Source of the DNA: Antedon mediterranea
Taxonomy: Eukaryota > Animalia > Echinodermata
Assembly (NCBI RefSeq): GCF_964355755.1
Contig: NC_092672.1
Coordinates: 33,362,437-33,426,436, forward strand
Reading direction: 5' to 3'
Length of the DNA stretch: 64,000 nt
The notes under the pieces are model-generated. The model saw nothing but the letters and a program-made list of their open reading frames with translations. It was not told the DNA's origin and did no database searches. Of this stretch, positions 1 through 13,716 are shown in pieces; position 1 is the stretch's first letter, and each line of letters begins with the position of its first letter. The position numbers were made by a program, and so were the translations under genes.

Positions 1-556
1 TACATACGCTTGATGACTGGTCCATCTCAAGTATTCATGTAGATAAACTCCGAGGAATAGTACTTCGGGTTTACGTTCAATAATATTATTGTTAATGTAA
101 ATATTAAGATTAGAGAAATCAATTTGTCTTTGTTGAGTACGAAATAAAATGTAATTAGTTTTCTGTACATTAACAATAAGCTTATTTGAGATGAACCAGT
201 CAGTCATTTTATTTAGTTCAGTGTTAACGGTGTTATATAAGACATTGATATCAGAATGAGAAAACAAAATCGTAGTATCATCAGCAAAGGATATGACTTT
301 CAGAGTGTCACTTGATCTAGAAAGATCATTTACATAAATTAAAAAATAGTACTGGTCCTAAAACCGACCCTTGAGGCACTCCGCAATTTACAGCCTCCAC
401 TGATGATTTAAATGAGCCTAACGCAACATACTGTTTACGGTTTACTAAATAACTTTCAAACCAGTTTAATGCAATTCCTCTAATGCCATAATTAAATAAT
501 TTACCAAGAAGAATTTTATGATTAATGACATCAAAAGCTTTTGACAAGTCTATAAA
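1..556 (-). mobile_element. Degenerate non-LTR retrotransposon (L2/CR1-group LINE) RT fragment
   Basis: Minus-strand frames give FIDLSKAFD...GVPQGSVLGPVLF and ISFADDTT RT motifs with a frameshift (ORF 326-547); runs off the window edge. Confidence 0.85.
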
Positions 557-650
557 AAAATAGTTGTTAAAAGAAACGCACGTTTTTGAGTTTCTAGATT
601 ATTGTTTACAAACGTAACTAAATATGAGGAGACGATAATCAAAAACTTAC

Positions 651-3600
651 CTGTGTCAGGTTTTTTATTTGTGTAGATAGACCAGTTTCTATAATATCAA
701 CAATTTCAGAATATAAATAATTGCGATTGTTATAATAATATTTAGGAAATCAGCTGGTTCAACTTCAAGTGTTGGGCAACGAAAATAATAACACAAGTAG
801 CTTAATTTTAAACTGTGCAGGGTTGTAGAATCGAAAGACTTACCTATAGTTATATAAAATGAACAAGTATCCGTCTGTCTGACAACATCAGTTGTGGTGC
901 ATATAACTTTTGTGATCGATCCAGTTTGATAAGATTCTCCCGGTTTACTGGTACAATAAACCGATGGTGGCGGTGTTTCATCATCGTTTGCTATTGGTAT
1001 TATCCAATCAGGAGATGGGTCCGTCGATGATATGTCACTGGGGCATTCGATTGTTGGTGGGATGTTATCTATTTTTAATAAACATACTCAGTATTTATTC
1101 CAAGAATAACGTGAGCACACTCTCTCATCATAAATAAAAACGTTATTTTAAATTTTATTATTTCATGTGTAGACGCATTAGAATAACACAAATAATAACA
1201 TACTGTACATAAATTATATATAGGAGGATGCTAAAACTAGTTTCATTGATTTGGCATCAGAGTTAAGAATAAGAAAAATAATACAAACATTTAGTTGCCA
1301 ATGGTTCTGATGTCCTCGTATCTGGTGTTGTAAACGATGGAAACGTACTTGTTAGTCCTAAAGTTGTATCTATCTCAAAAGTGGCTTGTTGCAACGTGGT
1401 TCCTGATACTGTTGATTCTACAGTTGTTGTGTCTGCCTCAATAGTGGTTTGCTGTAATGTTGTTACTGATTCTGTTGTAAACGATGGCAACGTTGTTTGC
1501 TCTACAGTTGCTGTTTCTGTCTCTACGGTGGTTTTCTGTAATGCTGTTCCTGGTTCTGTTGGAGATACAAACGTTGTTGGCTCTACAGTTGTTGTATCTG
1601 TCTCAATAGTGGTTTGCTGCAACGTTGTTCCTGATTCTGTTGTAGATGTAAACGTTGTTTGTTCTACAGTTGCTATATCTGTCTCAACAGTGGTTTGCTG
1701 CAACGTTGTTCCTGATTCTGTTGTAGATGCAAACGTTGTTTGTTCTACAGCTGTTGTGTCTGTCTCAACAGTGGTTTGCTGCAACGTTGTTCCTGATTCT
1801 GTTGTAGATGCAAACGTTGTTTGTTCTACAGTTGTTGTGTCTGTCTCAACAGTGGCTTGCTGCAACGTTGTTCCTGATTCTGTTGTAGATGCAAACGTTG
1901 TTGGTTCTACAGTTGTTGTGTCTGTCTTAACAGTGGTTTGCTGCAACGTTGTTCTTGATTCTGTTGTAGATGCAAACGTTGTTTGTTCTACAGCTGTTGT
2001 GTCTGTCTCAACAGTGGTTTGCTGCAACGTTGTTCCTGATTCTGTTGTAGATGCAAACGTTGTTGGTTCTACAGTTGTTGTGTCTGTCTTAACAGTGGTT
2101 TGCTGCAACGTTGTTCTTGATTCTGTTGTAGATGCAAACGTTGTTGGTTCTACAGTTGTTGTGTCTGTCTTAACAGTGGTTTGCTGCAACGTTGTTCTTG
2201 ATTCTGTTGTAGATGCAAACGTTGTTTGTTCTACAGCTGTTGTGTCTGTCTCAACAGTGGTTTGCTGCAACGTTGTTCCTGATTCTGTTGTAGATGCAAA
2301 CGTTGTTTGTTCTACAGTTGTTGTGTCTGTCTCAACAGTGGCTTGCTGCAACGTTGTTCCTGATTCTGTTGTAGATGCAAACGTTGTTGGTTCTACAGTT
2401 GTTGTGTCTGTCTTAACAGTGGTTTGCTGCAACGTTGTTCTTGATTCTGTTGTAGATGCAAACGTTGTTTGTTCTACAGCTGTTGTGTCTGTCTCAACAG
2501 TGGTTTGCTGCAATGTTGTTCCTGATTCTGTTGTAGATGCAAACGTTGTTTGTTCTACAGTTGTTGTGTCTGTCTCAACAGTGGCTTGCTGCAACGTTGT
2601 TCCCGATTCTGTTGTAAACGATGGCAACGTTGTTTGCTCTACAGTTGCTGTTTCTGTCTCTACGGTGGTTTTCTGTAATGTTGTTCCTGGTTCAGTTGTA
2701 GATGCAAACGTTGTTGGTTCTACAGTTGTTGTATCTGTCTCAACAGTGGCTTGCTGCAACGTTGTTCCTGATTCTGTTGTAAACGATGGCAACGTTGTTT
2801 GCTCTACAGTAGCTGTTTCTGTCTCTACGGTGGTTTTCTGTAATGCTGTTCTTGGTTCAGTTGTAGATGCAAACGTTGTTGGTTCTACAGTTGTTGTATC
2901 TGTCTCAACAGTGGTTTGCTGTAACGTTGTTTCTGATTCTGTTGTAAACGATGGACACGTTGTTGGTTCTACAGATGTTGTATTTGTCTCAACAGTGGTT
3001 TGCTTTAACGTTGTGCCTGATTCTGTGGTAAACGGTAGAAACGTTGTTGGTTCTACAGTTGTTGTGTCTGTCTCAATAGTGGTTTGCTGCAACGTTGTTC
3101 CTGATTCTGTTGTAAACGATACAAACGTTGTTGTAAACGGCGTAGAAGCTGTTGGTTGCTGTGATGAAAACGTTTGTGCATCTGTTAAAACAATTTCATT
3201 TAATTTATCATTAAAGTTTTAATATATATAGAATTATATATAGCATGAGACTACAGAACCCAATCTATGTTTTATTTCAATTTACTATATGATAGTAAAA
3301 GCAAAATATGATATCATTGTTTACATGTTTGTATATAATAAGTACAAAATTAACTAAGAGATTTTATTTCAAATAATGTTGTGACTGTAAGGCTCCGCTG
3401 ATAAGTTGAATTTGCGCAATATGAGTTGTTAAAATGAAAAATTAAAAAAAAAAATTGTGCAGTTTAAAAATTCCGTGATGCTTTCTCACATATAAAAAGA
3501 CAAAATAAATGTAAAAATTTTACCAAAAACCCATTTACTTAGAGTAAATTTTACTGTTTTTGGCTTTAAATTACAGTATTTTCAGAAAAATATTTTTTTT

Positions 3601-4032
3601 GTTTGATCCAATTTTTGGTCAAAGCTATATAACTGTTGACATTAAAATGGTTTATTCAACAAAAACATAAAAAATGGGGACAATATATCTTTAACATTAA
3701 TGTTAAAAATACTAACTAAATTTAAACCATAATATTCTAAATGTAATAAACAAGAGTATACATTTGGTATTGCCCGTATTATGTAGGTCACAAGCTAGCG
3801 AAGAACCCTCCTCTCCCCCCCCCCCCGCCACCGCCACGCCATCCCCCACGCCACCCACACACACACCATCTAAAAAGAAAGTTTTTCTATCAGGAAGTTG
3901 CGAACGCTTCGGCCTTAGATGTTTTAACGCCACTTTTGTTTATACAACTTTCAAAAATTAAATATACTTACTAGACCATTCTTCTAGAAAAAATACCATC
4001 ACCGCCGTTAAATATACGAATGCCGGATGCAT
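651..4032 (-). CDS. Adhesion GPCR paralog A, 5' exons (signal peptide, Thr-rich mucin stalk, HYR domain, linker); remainder off-window or disrupted
   Basis: Exons with GT-AG boundaries: 3972-4032 (MHPAFVYLTAVMVFFLEEWS), 1289-3181 (631 codons, 27/28-aa repeats), 844-1068 (HYR: NIPPTIECPSDI...CSFYITI), 651-688. Exon order, sizes and phases match intact paralog C. Confidence 0.75.
1289..3181 (-). repeat. Coding tandem repeat (81/84-bp units) forming the mucin exon of paralog A
   Basis: Unit TTESGTTLQQTTVETDTTTVEQTTFAS (27 aa) mixed with 28-aa variants, about 20 copies, open frame throughout. Confidence 0.9.
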
Positions 4033-4299
4033 CGTAGGGTGGAGGACATACAGCCCTTAAAAAGTGGCTACTGATGATAATAGTATAATATCTTATTGTA
4101 ACAAACACAGTAACCGCTGAACAGTGACTCGTCCGATTCTATTGTACATTCAGATTTGTATTGATAATAATGAATAATAATAATTTATTTTGACTTTTTG
4201 AAGCAACCTTTGAATGATTTTTGTTAATATTCCACAATTCACCGTACATGATCGTATGTTTGTTTAATGTTATCATCTATTCATATTTTTATTATTCTT

Positions 4300-4375
4300 T
4301 GCAATAATCCATGAATTTATAATTTAATAACGCAAACCATAATATTATATTTATTGATCATTTATATACAACTAA
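4300..4375 (-). promoter_or_regulatory. Conserved upstream block of aGPCR paralogs (candidate core promoter, TATATAAA on minus strand)
   Basis: Nearly identical block about 330 bp upstream of the ATG in A (4300-4375), B (~14017-14090) and C (~29285-29360). Function inferred only; could be passive duplication. Confidence 0.35.
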
Positions 4376-4429
4376 CAGTCTTAACAAAAAGAAATTGAAC
4401 GGTTTATCTGATAAGAGAACTGAGAACTG

Positions 4430-4674
4430 TTAGCATAGACACGCCACAAGGGTCAATGATCTCCCCAATGTTATTCTCTTTGTTCACCAGTAGTTTCAGA
4501 GCCAATTCAAACGAATGTAGCATAGTAAAATATGCAGATGACACCGTCATAACTGGATACATTACTGGCAATGATGAAATGATGTATAGAAAACCAGGAC
4601 ATGATTTTTATCACCGGCTGTAAAAATATTCTCTTTGTTCACCAGCGGTTTCATAGTCAATTCAAATGAATGTA
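4430..4674 (+). mobile_element. Short LINE RT fragment, locally duplicated and split by the Penelope insertion (continues ~7216-7320)
   Basis: PQGSMISPMLFSLFT and VKYADDTVITG motifs; the second copy resumes after the PLE. Confidence 0.6.
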
Positions 4675-7215
4675 TTTTTGTGGATTTTTACTTTTATGTT
4701 AAACCAAGACAACGAAAAGGAATAATATTACCTTCGTGACGTTTCGCCGACAATCTGTCAGCTGCTTCAGACTAATGCCTGGGTTGGAATGGTCTGGTTT
4801 TTTGTAAGTGACGCTGAACAGCGCCACCAGCCGTCTGGTTGGTATTGACGGTAGAGCGTCTCCGCTGGCCCCCCTCCTGCTTCAACTTTTTCCAGCAAAC
4901 TATCATATGTATGTGGGAGGTCATACCCACCAATGTCTCTGTTGATATTATGTGGTCTTTTTCTTATGCAGATAGATTCTTTTATCTTTCTTTTGTCTGT
5001 CTGTGCTTCTTTTTCAATAACTCTCGCATTCCAATTTGGAATATGGTCATTCCCTATAGCGTGGTCAGTTATGGCTGACTTATGTAAAACCTTGGACGAA
5101 GAATTTCTATTTGCACGTGTTCTAACTACTTGGTTGTGTGTTGATACGTCTTTTTTATGTTCCCCAATTCTTGTATTCAGTGCCCTTCCGGTCTCTCCTA
5201 TATATACTTTCTCACAGTTTAGACAGTTCACTTCGTATATAACCCCGCACATGTCTTCCGTTTTTATTCTATCTTTTGGGTGGACCAGTCCATTCTTTAA
5301 TTTATTACTTGGAATGAAGAAAGTGTTCACTTTGTGCTTAGCAAAAGTGCGTCGAATCTTTTCAGAAATTCCGTGTATGTATGGGATACCTATGTGAGCT
5401 TTCATCTTCTCCATTTCCTTTCTTTGGCGTTCTTCTGGTTTGTTTTTTGACTTTTGTTCTTTTCTCTTGTTTACGACTCTGTCTACTGACCATTTTGGAT
5501 AGTTACAAATTTTCAATGCTTTTCTAATGTGTTCCAACTCATGTTTTTTATCTTTCTCTTCACTAACAATTGTGTCTGCTCTATTCACTAACGTGTTAAC
5601 CACGCTTAGTTTGTGTTCTAAGGGATGATTAGAGTGGAAGTCCAAGTATTGGTCGGTGTGAGTTGGTTTTCGGTATACCTTGGTAGCGAGTGTTCCATCT
5701 TGTTTAATCGTGATACTCATGTCCAAGAATGGTATTTGTTTCTCTGACATTATTTCTGTGGTAAACTTGATGTTGCCCGACGGGTCAATGCTATCAAGAT
5801 GGCGATTGAGGGGGAGAGGTGCATCTTTATGGACAATGGCAAAAACATCATCAACATACCGTCTCCAAAAACGTGGTTTGATGGTTCTATCTGCGCTCTT
5901 AATGGCTTCCTCTTCTAACCATTCTAAATAGATATTCGCTATCAGAGGGCTTACCGGAGATCCCATTGCAATACCTTCGTGCTGTTCATAAATCTGTTGT
6001 TGAAATGTGAAATATGTCGCATTAATTAACTGGTAGATGAGTTCCATGATGTCTTCTACTGTTAATTTCGTTCTCTTATGTAGTGTTGTATCTTTTTCCA
6101 AGTATGATCTTACAACCTCCAAGGCTTGGCCTGTGGGTGTTTTTGTAAACAACGAGATGACGTCAAAAGACACCATCACCTCATTTTCCAGGAGTATCAA
6201 CTGTTTTAGGTCTTCCGCCAGTTCTTTCGCATTGGTCACATGATATTTACTTAGACCAACCAAGGGGCTTAACACCTCCTTTGCGATAAACTTAGACACG
6301 TGATAAAAAAACAGAGTTGATGTTGTCAACAATAGGTCTGAGAGGCCAGTCAGGTTTATGGATTTTTGGCAGACAGTAAATTCTAGGTACTACCTCTGCG
6401 GTGGGGTACAAACTACATTTTTGTGCCCATGTGATCTTTTCTTCTTTTAAAAATCTACCCAGTGTCTTTATTAGTTTTTCCTTGTGTTTTTTGGTCGGAT
6501 TGGTAGTCAACTTTCCATATACCTTTTTATCACTCAGCATTCGATTGACTTTATTTACATAATCCTCTGTGTTTATAACCACCGTTGCACGCCCTTTGTC
6601 AGCTGGCAATACCATCACTTCTTTATCTTTCTTTAACCCTTCTAAAGCATTTCTTTCTGTTCTACTTAAAATGGGGAGTGGGGGTTTAGATGATTTAAGA
6701 ATGCTAGTTACCTTTCCTCTGATGGTATCCTTCTCTTCCAACGGTATGCTATCCAATTTACATATCATTTCCGTTGAAACAATTATTTCTTCAATGGACC
6801 TGCTGTTGTTTCGATCACCGCTAACCGCATAGTTCAACCCCTTACTGAGCACGTTTTGTTCGTCTGACGATAGTGTCCTAGACGATAGATTTACCACCCA
6901 CTTTTCTTTCAATAATTTCCCACTTAAATCGATTTCCGTTTGTAAACTTATATTTATTTTCTTTGCTTTGTCTTCCCACCATTTAAGCTTCTTAATCTGT
7001 CTGGATTTAACACGTGCAAATTCCGATTCTCTAACATTGTTTAAATGCTACAAAAAACCAGACCATTCCAACCCAGGCATTAGTCTGAAGCAGCTGACAG
7101 ATTGTCGGCGAAACGTCACGAAGGTAATATTATTCCTTTTCGTTGTCTTGGTTTAACATAAAAGTAAAAATCCACAAAAATATTATTTGGAACCAGATGA
7201 ATTTATTCAATGTAA
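4675..7215 (-). mobile_element. Penelope-like retroelement (RT + GIY-YIG endonuclease), 5'-truncated, with inverted pLTR
   Basis: ORFs 6292-6912 and 4767-6332 (one frameshift near 6320) with PADKG, LRPIV, SFDVISLFT, GIAMGSPVSP, RYVDDVF and GIY-YIG (GVIYEVNCLNCEKVYIGETGR). ~134-bp inverted repeat 4673-4806 / 7049-7182. 13-bp TSD TCAAATGAATGTA at 4662-4674 and 7216-7228. Confidence 0.93.
4736..4775 (-). ncRNA. Hammerhead-ribozyme-like motif in the Penelope pLTR (second copy 7085-7117, +)
   Basis: CTGAAGCA-GCTGACA(GAT)TGTCGGC-GAAACGTC: near-canonical core, 7-bp stem II and minimal GAAACGUC stem III. Core variant and weak stem I. Confidence 0.55.
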
Positions 7216-8054
7216 TCAAATGAATGTAGCATAGTAAATATGTAGATGACACTGAATACATGTATAGACAACTAGGACATGATTTTTATCATCGGGTGTA
7301 AAAATAACAACTTGAAACTTACATTCTATTTTTTTAATGTATGTTTCTTTGGTAATATCATGCAAAAAGACAAAAACAAGTCGATACAATCAATACTCTA
7401 AATATAACTCGAAGAACCAACCCACATAATAGTGATATTATCACAACCCGATAATTAACGAAGCGAGTAAACATTCTCTGTTTAATATTTGTTGAGGCTT
7501 TGAAGTTTAATTTTAATTTTCATTATTCATGAATTCATGGTAATAGATAATCATAATCTCTAATATCTATTCGTACTAATTCAGGATTATTTAAAGTAGA
7601 ATAGTTATAGGTTATGCCGTTAAAATGTGTTTCCCAACCAGAAGGCAACGCAGTAATTTGACCAATCACAAACGATGGATTATTCGAACTGTATTGCTTG
7701 TTTTTAGTCTTTTTAGTAAACTAAATATCGACATATGTCGAAGTTGGAAACCAGCGATCTACGGCCTAGATTTGGTGAATCACAGTCATAACATTTTCCC
7801 GAGTCAAATCTATCTTCAAAATGTATTTGTCTAAGATGAATATAATGGCTTTATAGGTGATTACATCCTACCAGGCACCTTTCCTCTTTGCTGAGGGAGA
7901 GGAGTTCTAACTGTATTTTTTAAAGATAAAAGTAGCATTTATTTGGAGCAATCTATAACTTGGTTTTTATCTTCATGTGAATAATATTCATAGCCTATAC
8001 AAAGTCTGATTTATTTAAAAAAAAAAATCCCGGATGAATTTAACAAAGCGCTGT

Positions 8055-11000
8055 TCAAACGGATGCGGGCGTGCTTGTATGGAACCGCTCGATCAAATAG
8101 CTATCGTATTGGTCATTGTCTTCTTCACTACTTTCAAATGCTGGATTTTCTACATCAGCAGAAAAGCTACTAGCGGTAAACTGATTTCTCTGAGCTGTCA
8201 TTTTTGGTAATGTTGAATTAGATAATACACTATTGTTACTGTTATCTGTTGTATGTGAATTATTAACATTGTATAACTGTTTCTTTAAATCTTTAAATTC
8301 TTTCTGTCTGAACGTGAACAAATAGAATATTGAGACTCCCTGGAAAGAGTTAAAAACGCAGAACAATATTATAAACACAAGGTCAGTTTTGCTCTCAAAA
8401 GACATAAATCCCAAAACCCATGTCAGGCCTAATAGCAAAGAAATAGCGATTGCGTTGAAGAACCGTTTCCTTTTCTCTTCTAAAGTTGCATCTTTTTTCA
8501 GCATTGCGTTAGATTGCGAGCAGTATAAATTTTTAAGAACCAATACGAATATAATACCGTTAAACAAGATGGCAATTGCGATTGGAATAAGAACAGCGTA
8601 GATGAAGATATCGAATTGCATTGTGTTGAGATAACAGCTGTAAGATAATATAAATTTGTTTTTAGTAATAAAGTATATCACGATAGTAAAGTAACAGTGT
8701 AGTCAGACACGGTCCAATAGACAAGGACCAATAGATAAGAAGGACCAAGAAAATGGCCAATAGAATCGGATCGAATGTTAAGATAATAACGGTCATTAAA
8801 AATAAATATATGAGTTTATTATTAATAAATGAATGTTTACTATAGGTTTGTTTTTGATGAGGCATTAGTATAATATTGCTCACATGAGTATTCGGGCAGA
8901 TTTAATCTTTCGCGTCCTATTGTTATGCAAATGAGCCAGATAAGCCCAATCTGCGTTGCTGACTATACATTTATTTTCAATTCAAAATATATTATTTTGA
9001 GATTAATTTATTTTATAATAGTATGGATAATTGGAATTCATAATAGTAGTTAATTTCATCATTGTTAGTTTTAGTAGGTTGTTAAAACATACATTGTTAT
9101 GAAAGGATGCATTGGAAGACAGTACACTTACTAATCTTTGTTTTCATAGAACGACACATCTACTGTTAGTAGAACTATCTGTGGTATGCATGGAATACTT
9201 AGAATAAGTAGTTACGTACATCAATTTATTTATATCACTGACTAGGCGGTTTACAGTTTCTGTAAGCTTAATTATGACAATTTACGCGAATAACAACTGT
9301 TTAGTGCAGGTTCTAGATCGAAATCAATAAAAAGATAATAATATTTTGGCACATATAGCGTTTCATATGTATAATACATGTGCAGACAAAAATCGAAATG
9401 CCGACTGCCTGGTGAACTAACATTAAACATAATACAGACTTGGGTCAAGTCTGCACAAGTTCGGGTCAAGTTCTACATAGATTAGAAATGATTTATCCTA
9501 GAAAGTCGGTAAAAACAAGGAAGAGCTGTGGCAGCTGCTCTTCCATGTTAACATTAATCAACATCAATGCTAACATGTATGGTACTTACCACAAGCAAAG
9601 ATCATTGAAAACAACAAAAACTTGGCGGTCTTGGCGTTGACAACAAATAACAAATCGGTTGCTTCCACGGATGTCCATGCAATAGACGTCAACAGAAAGT
9701 AATGTAACAATACAGCTATTGTTGTACAAGCTACAGTTCCTGGAGTTGCAATATCAATGCCACATATGAATGTGATATACAGACAAGTTAGTGAGATGGA
9801 AAGGTTCAACAGTATTTTCTGAGGTTGACGTTTGCGAAGTTTGACGTTTGAAAAAGTAATACGATTATTTATGTATTTGGTGTTATTGGACAAGTAGTGT
9901 ATATACTATAGTGTTAGGTCATTCGTATAATAGTCAAACATACATTTTAATTAGGTGCTCTCGTCAGCATACAATTGCCTAGTTTGGCTGGATAAATAGC
10001 ACACTATAAATTTATCCAGGCAGTTCGTGCAAACGTTAAACTTATATAATATGCCTGAGCAAATGAGCTATAAAAAAGACTGTAGCTTACTTTATTGATA
10101 GACTAACAACGATTGTCACCAGTAGGCACAATATTGACATCCCACATCCTGCATACGTCACTATGTTCAAAAACACTTCAAACGTGACCGCCGAGTCATT
10201 ATCAAACTAAAAACATTTGAAAAAATTAAATTGTTCGATTCTTCAAAAATGAAACATTTTATCATTTGAATGTTGATACAATACCTACATTAATTAATTA
10301 ATTAATTTAACTTAAATGAAGGTATAAACGTGAAACTTACAAAAAAAACTGCAACATTTGTAAGATGTGTATAGTTACATGTAATACTGCCATCCTTGTC
10401 GTCCATCCATACCAACAAGCGTGCATCCCTCTTCTGACCAATCGCCAAAGCAATTGAGAGTTGAGTTCCAAAAAACACAAGTGGCATATTGATTTGCATA
10501 AGCCTGCTCAAAATAAAACAAAAAATATTATGCAAATATTCGGTGGTGATGGTGGTGACTAAGCTTGATTCCCAATTGGATGCAACGAAATAGCGTAAGC
10601 GCATTACGAGTAATTTGACCAATATAACTGATGGATCATCCCACTCACTTGCATTGGGCCAAAGTCTTTTGAAAGAATGTGTGTAGGTTAACCTAACACG
10701 CATCTCATAAATTAAGTTTTTTTCTGAAAATTACACGGTACCTTAGGAATATTGAACACAATTTTAACAGGTTCGTCTAATACAGAATGAAGGCTGTCGT
10801 CATACTCGACTCGACGACTGGAACAATTTTAAATTGTAATATGATGTAAAACTCACGTTGGACCACATATTATGTGTTTAAAATAATAAATGTGTATCAT
10901 GGGGAACAAAATATACTGTACTGTAGTAATGTTAGCATACAGTAGCATTAAAACTAGTACGTTCGCGTAATTAAAACTGTATTTTATAATTATGTAGAGG

Positions 11001-13716
11001 TAGGACTACTATACAATTGTTTAAATGCAACCAGATCACATGGTATTGTGATAGACTGATCATAGGCGCTTCAACGATAATTAACTCAATCTGATCAATT
11101 TTATGTTTTTTAACTTACAATTTCGTTTGTTGATTCAATATCAGTTATTTTCCCCAAAGCTACGGATACTTCTTGTATATCAGCAGGCTGAAGGTCACCA
11201 GAGTCTTCCGCTTTCTCTACTATTTCCTCAAGCTCAACTGCAACCTCTTCTACATTATCTTCACTGATACCACTCTATTGACAATAATAGTTATTAAAGA
11301 AACGCATGTTTTTTGAGTTTCTAAATTACTATTTTACAAAATTAACTAAATATGACAAGACGATAATCATAAACTTACATGTATGAGATTTTTGATTTGT
11401 GTATATATGTCGTTATCAAAAAATAACGATTGATATTGTTATAATAATATTTAGGAAACCAGCTAGCAATAATAACATACGTTAGCTTAATTTTAAACCT
11501 TTTACAGCGTTGTACAATCGAAAGACTTACCGACAGTTATGTAAAATGAGCAAGTATCGGTCTGTCCGCCAACTTCAGTTGTGGTGCATATCACTTTTGT
11601 AATCGATCCAGTTTGATAAGATTCTCCAGGTTTACTTGTAGAATCAACCGATGGTGTTTCATCGTCGTTTGCTATTGGTATTATCCAATCAGGAGATGTG
11701 ACCGTCGATGAAATGTCACTTGGGCATTCGATTGTTGGTAGAATGTTACCTATTTTAATAAACATGCACAGTTTCTTTTATTCTAAGAACAACTTTAGTT
11801 AACACTCTCATCATAAATAAAAACGTTATTATTTGATGCTTAGACACATTAAAATAATTTAATACATAATGTACATAAACTTATATAGGAGGATGCTAAA
11901 ACTAGTTTCATTGATTTGGCATCAGAGTTAAGAATAAGAAAAATAATACAAACCTTTAGTTGCCAATGGTTCTGATGTCCTCGTATCTGGTGTTGTAAAC
12001 GATGGAAACGTACTTGTTAGTCCTAAAGTTGTATCTGTCTCAACAGTGCTGCAACGTTGTTCTTGATTCTATTGTGAACAATAACAACGTTGTTGGTTCT
12101 ACAGTTTATGTGTCATTTTCAACAGCGGTTTGCTGCAACGTTGTTACTGATTCTGTTGTAAACGATTGAAACGTTGTTGGTTCTACAGTTGTTGCATTTG
12201 TCTCAATAGTGGTTTGCTGCAACGTTGTTCCTGATTCTGTTGTGAACGATGGAAATGTTGTTTGTTCTACAGTTGTTGTGTCTGTCTCAACAGTCGTTTG
12301 CTGCAACGTTGTTCCTGCTTCTTTTGTAAACGATGCAAACGTTGTTGGTTCTACAGTTGATGTGTCTTTTTCAACAGTGGTTTGCTGCAACGCTGTTCCA
12401 GATTTTGTGGTAAACGATGCAAATGTTGTTGGCCCTACAGTTGTTGTGTCTGTCTCAACAGTCGTTTGCTGCAACGTTGTTCCTGATTCTGTTGTAAACG
12501 ATGGAAACGTTGTTGGCCCTACAGTTGTTGTGTCTGTCTCAACAGTCGTTTGCTGTAACGTTGTTCCTGATTCTGTTGTAAACGATGGAAACGTTGTTGG
12601 CCCTACAGTTGTTATGTCTGTCTCAACAGTGGCTTGCTGCAACGTTGTTTCTGATTCTGTTGTAAACGATGGAAACGTTGTTGACCCCACAGTTGTTGTA
12701 TCTATCTCAACAGTGGTTTGCTGCAACGTTGTTCCTGATTCTGTTGTAAACGATGGACACGTTGTTGGTGCTAGAGTTGTTGTGTCTGTCTCAACAGTTT
12801 GCTATAATGTTGTTCCTGATTCTGTTGTAAATGCTGGAAGCCGTCGATACCACCACCACCATGTAGTTGTCGGAGGTGGAGGTGGATAAGTAGTAGTCGT
12901 AAGTGTGGTTTGCTGCAACATTGTTCCTGATTCTGTAAACGATGGACAAGGTGGTGGTAACGTTTCTGCCTCCTGTCGGAAACACAGATATGAATTAGTC
13001 AGTTAATGTAATCATAGAAAAAAGTGTTTAAGATATAAGTAACGTAATAATAGAGGTGTGTAATATACATATACATATATATATTATTGTGACTTATAAC
13101 CCGTTTGACTCCTACCTTCTTACCCTTTGTTTTTAAATAAAATTCTGAACCAAGCAAGCACATAGAACTTAAAAAAATATGTTCAAGCTTTAGCTAGCGA
13201 CTTTGACTAGAATTTTGCCTACTGTTTAACCTTACTACTACATTCAAATACCGTACCATCCAGAAAATATCTATGTACCTTTGTACGCAGACCGTACTGT
13301 CGGCGAAAATATTCGGAAAAACTCGTAACTTATTTAGCAGCTATTTTTGTTAAGTCGAAACTCGCGGTACATAACTGTATCAACTAAACACATCTATTGA
13401 GAACATTTTCAAAATGAAATTTTTGTAGTTCGCCAATTGAATAACGGTGTTATGGTGCAAGTCTTTGTTTATGTAGAGCATCTTGTGTATATGTTTGTCT
13501 TGTGAATGGGATTACCACCTTTGAGAAGGATAGTGAATGAATTCACTTGTGGTAATCCTTGGAAATTTGCCTAAAATGAGAATAAACAAAAAATAAAGAG
13601 ATTTTAGCACCACTTTTGTTTAAAAAACTTACAAAAATATACTTACTAGACGATTTTTCTAGAAAAAATACCATCACCATCACCATTATATATGGTAAAC
13701 CAAATGTCGTATGCAT
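8055..13716 (-). pseudogene. Adhesion GPCR paralog B, pseudogene (SP-mucin-HYR-GAIN-GPS-7TM)
   Basis: SP exon 13647-13716; mucin 11954-~12972 with frameshifts and a stop at 12106; HYR 11531-11749; GAIN 11119-11274; most of the 319-nt GAIN exon deleted (~11030-11080 remnant); 173-nt exon partly deleted; GPS exon ~10341-10502 frameshifted; TM2-4 acceptor lost; small-exon acceptor AG mutated to AA (~9199); last exon 8055-8637 still open. Confidence 0.88.
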
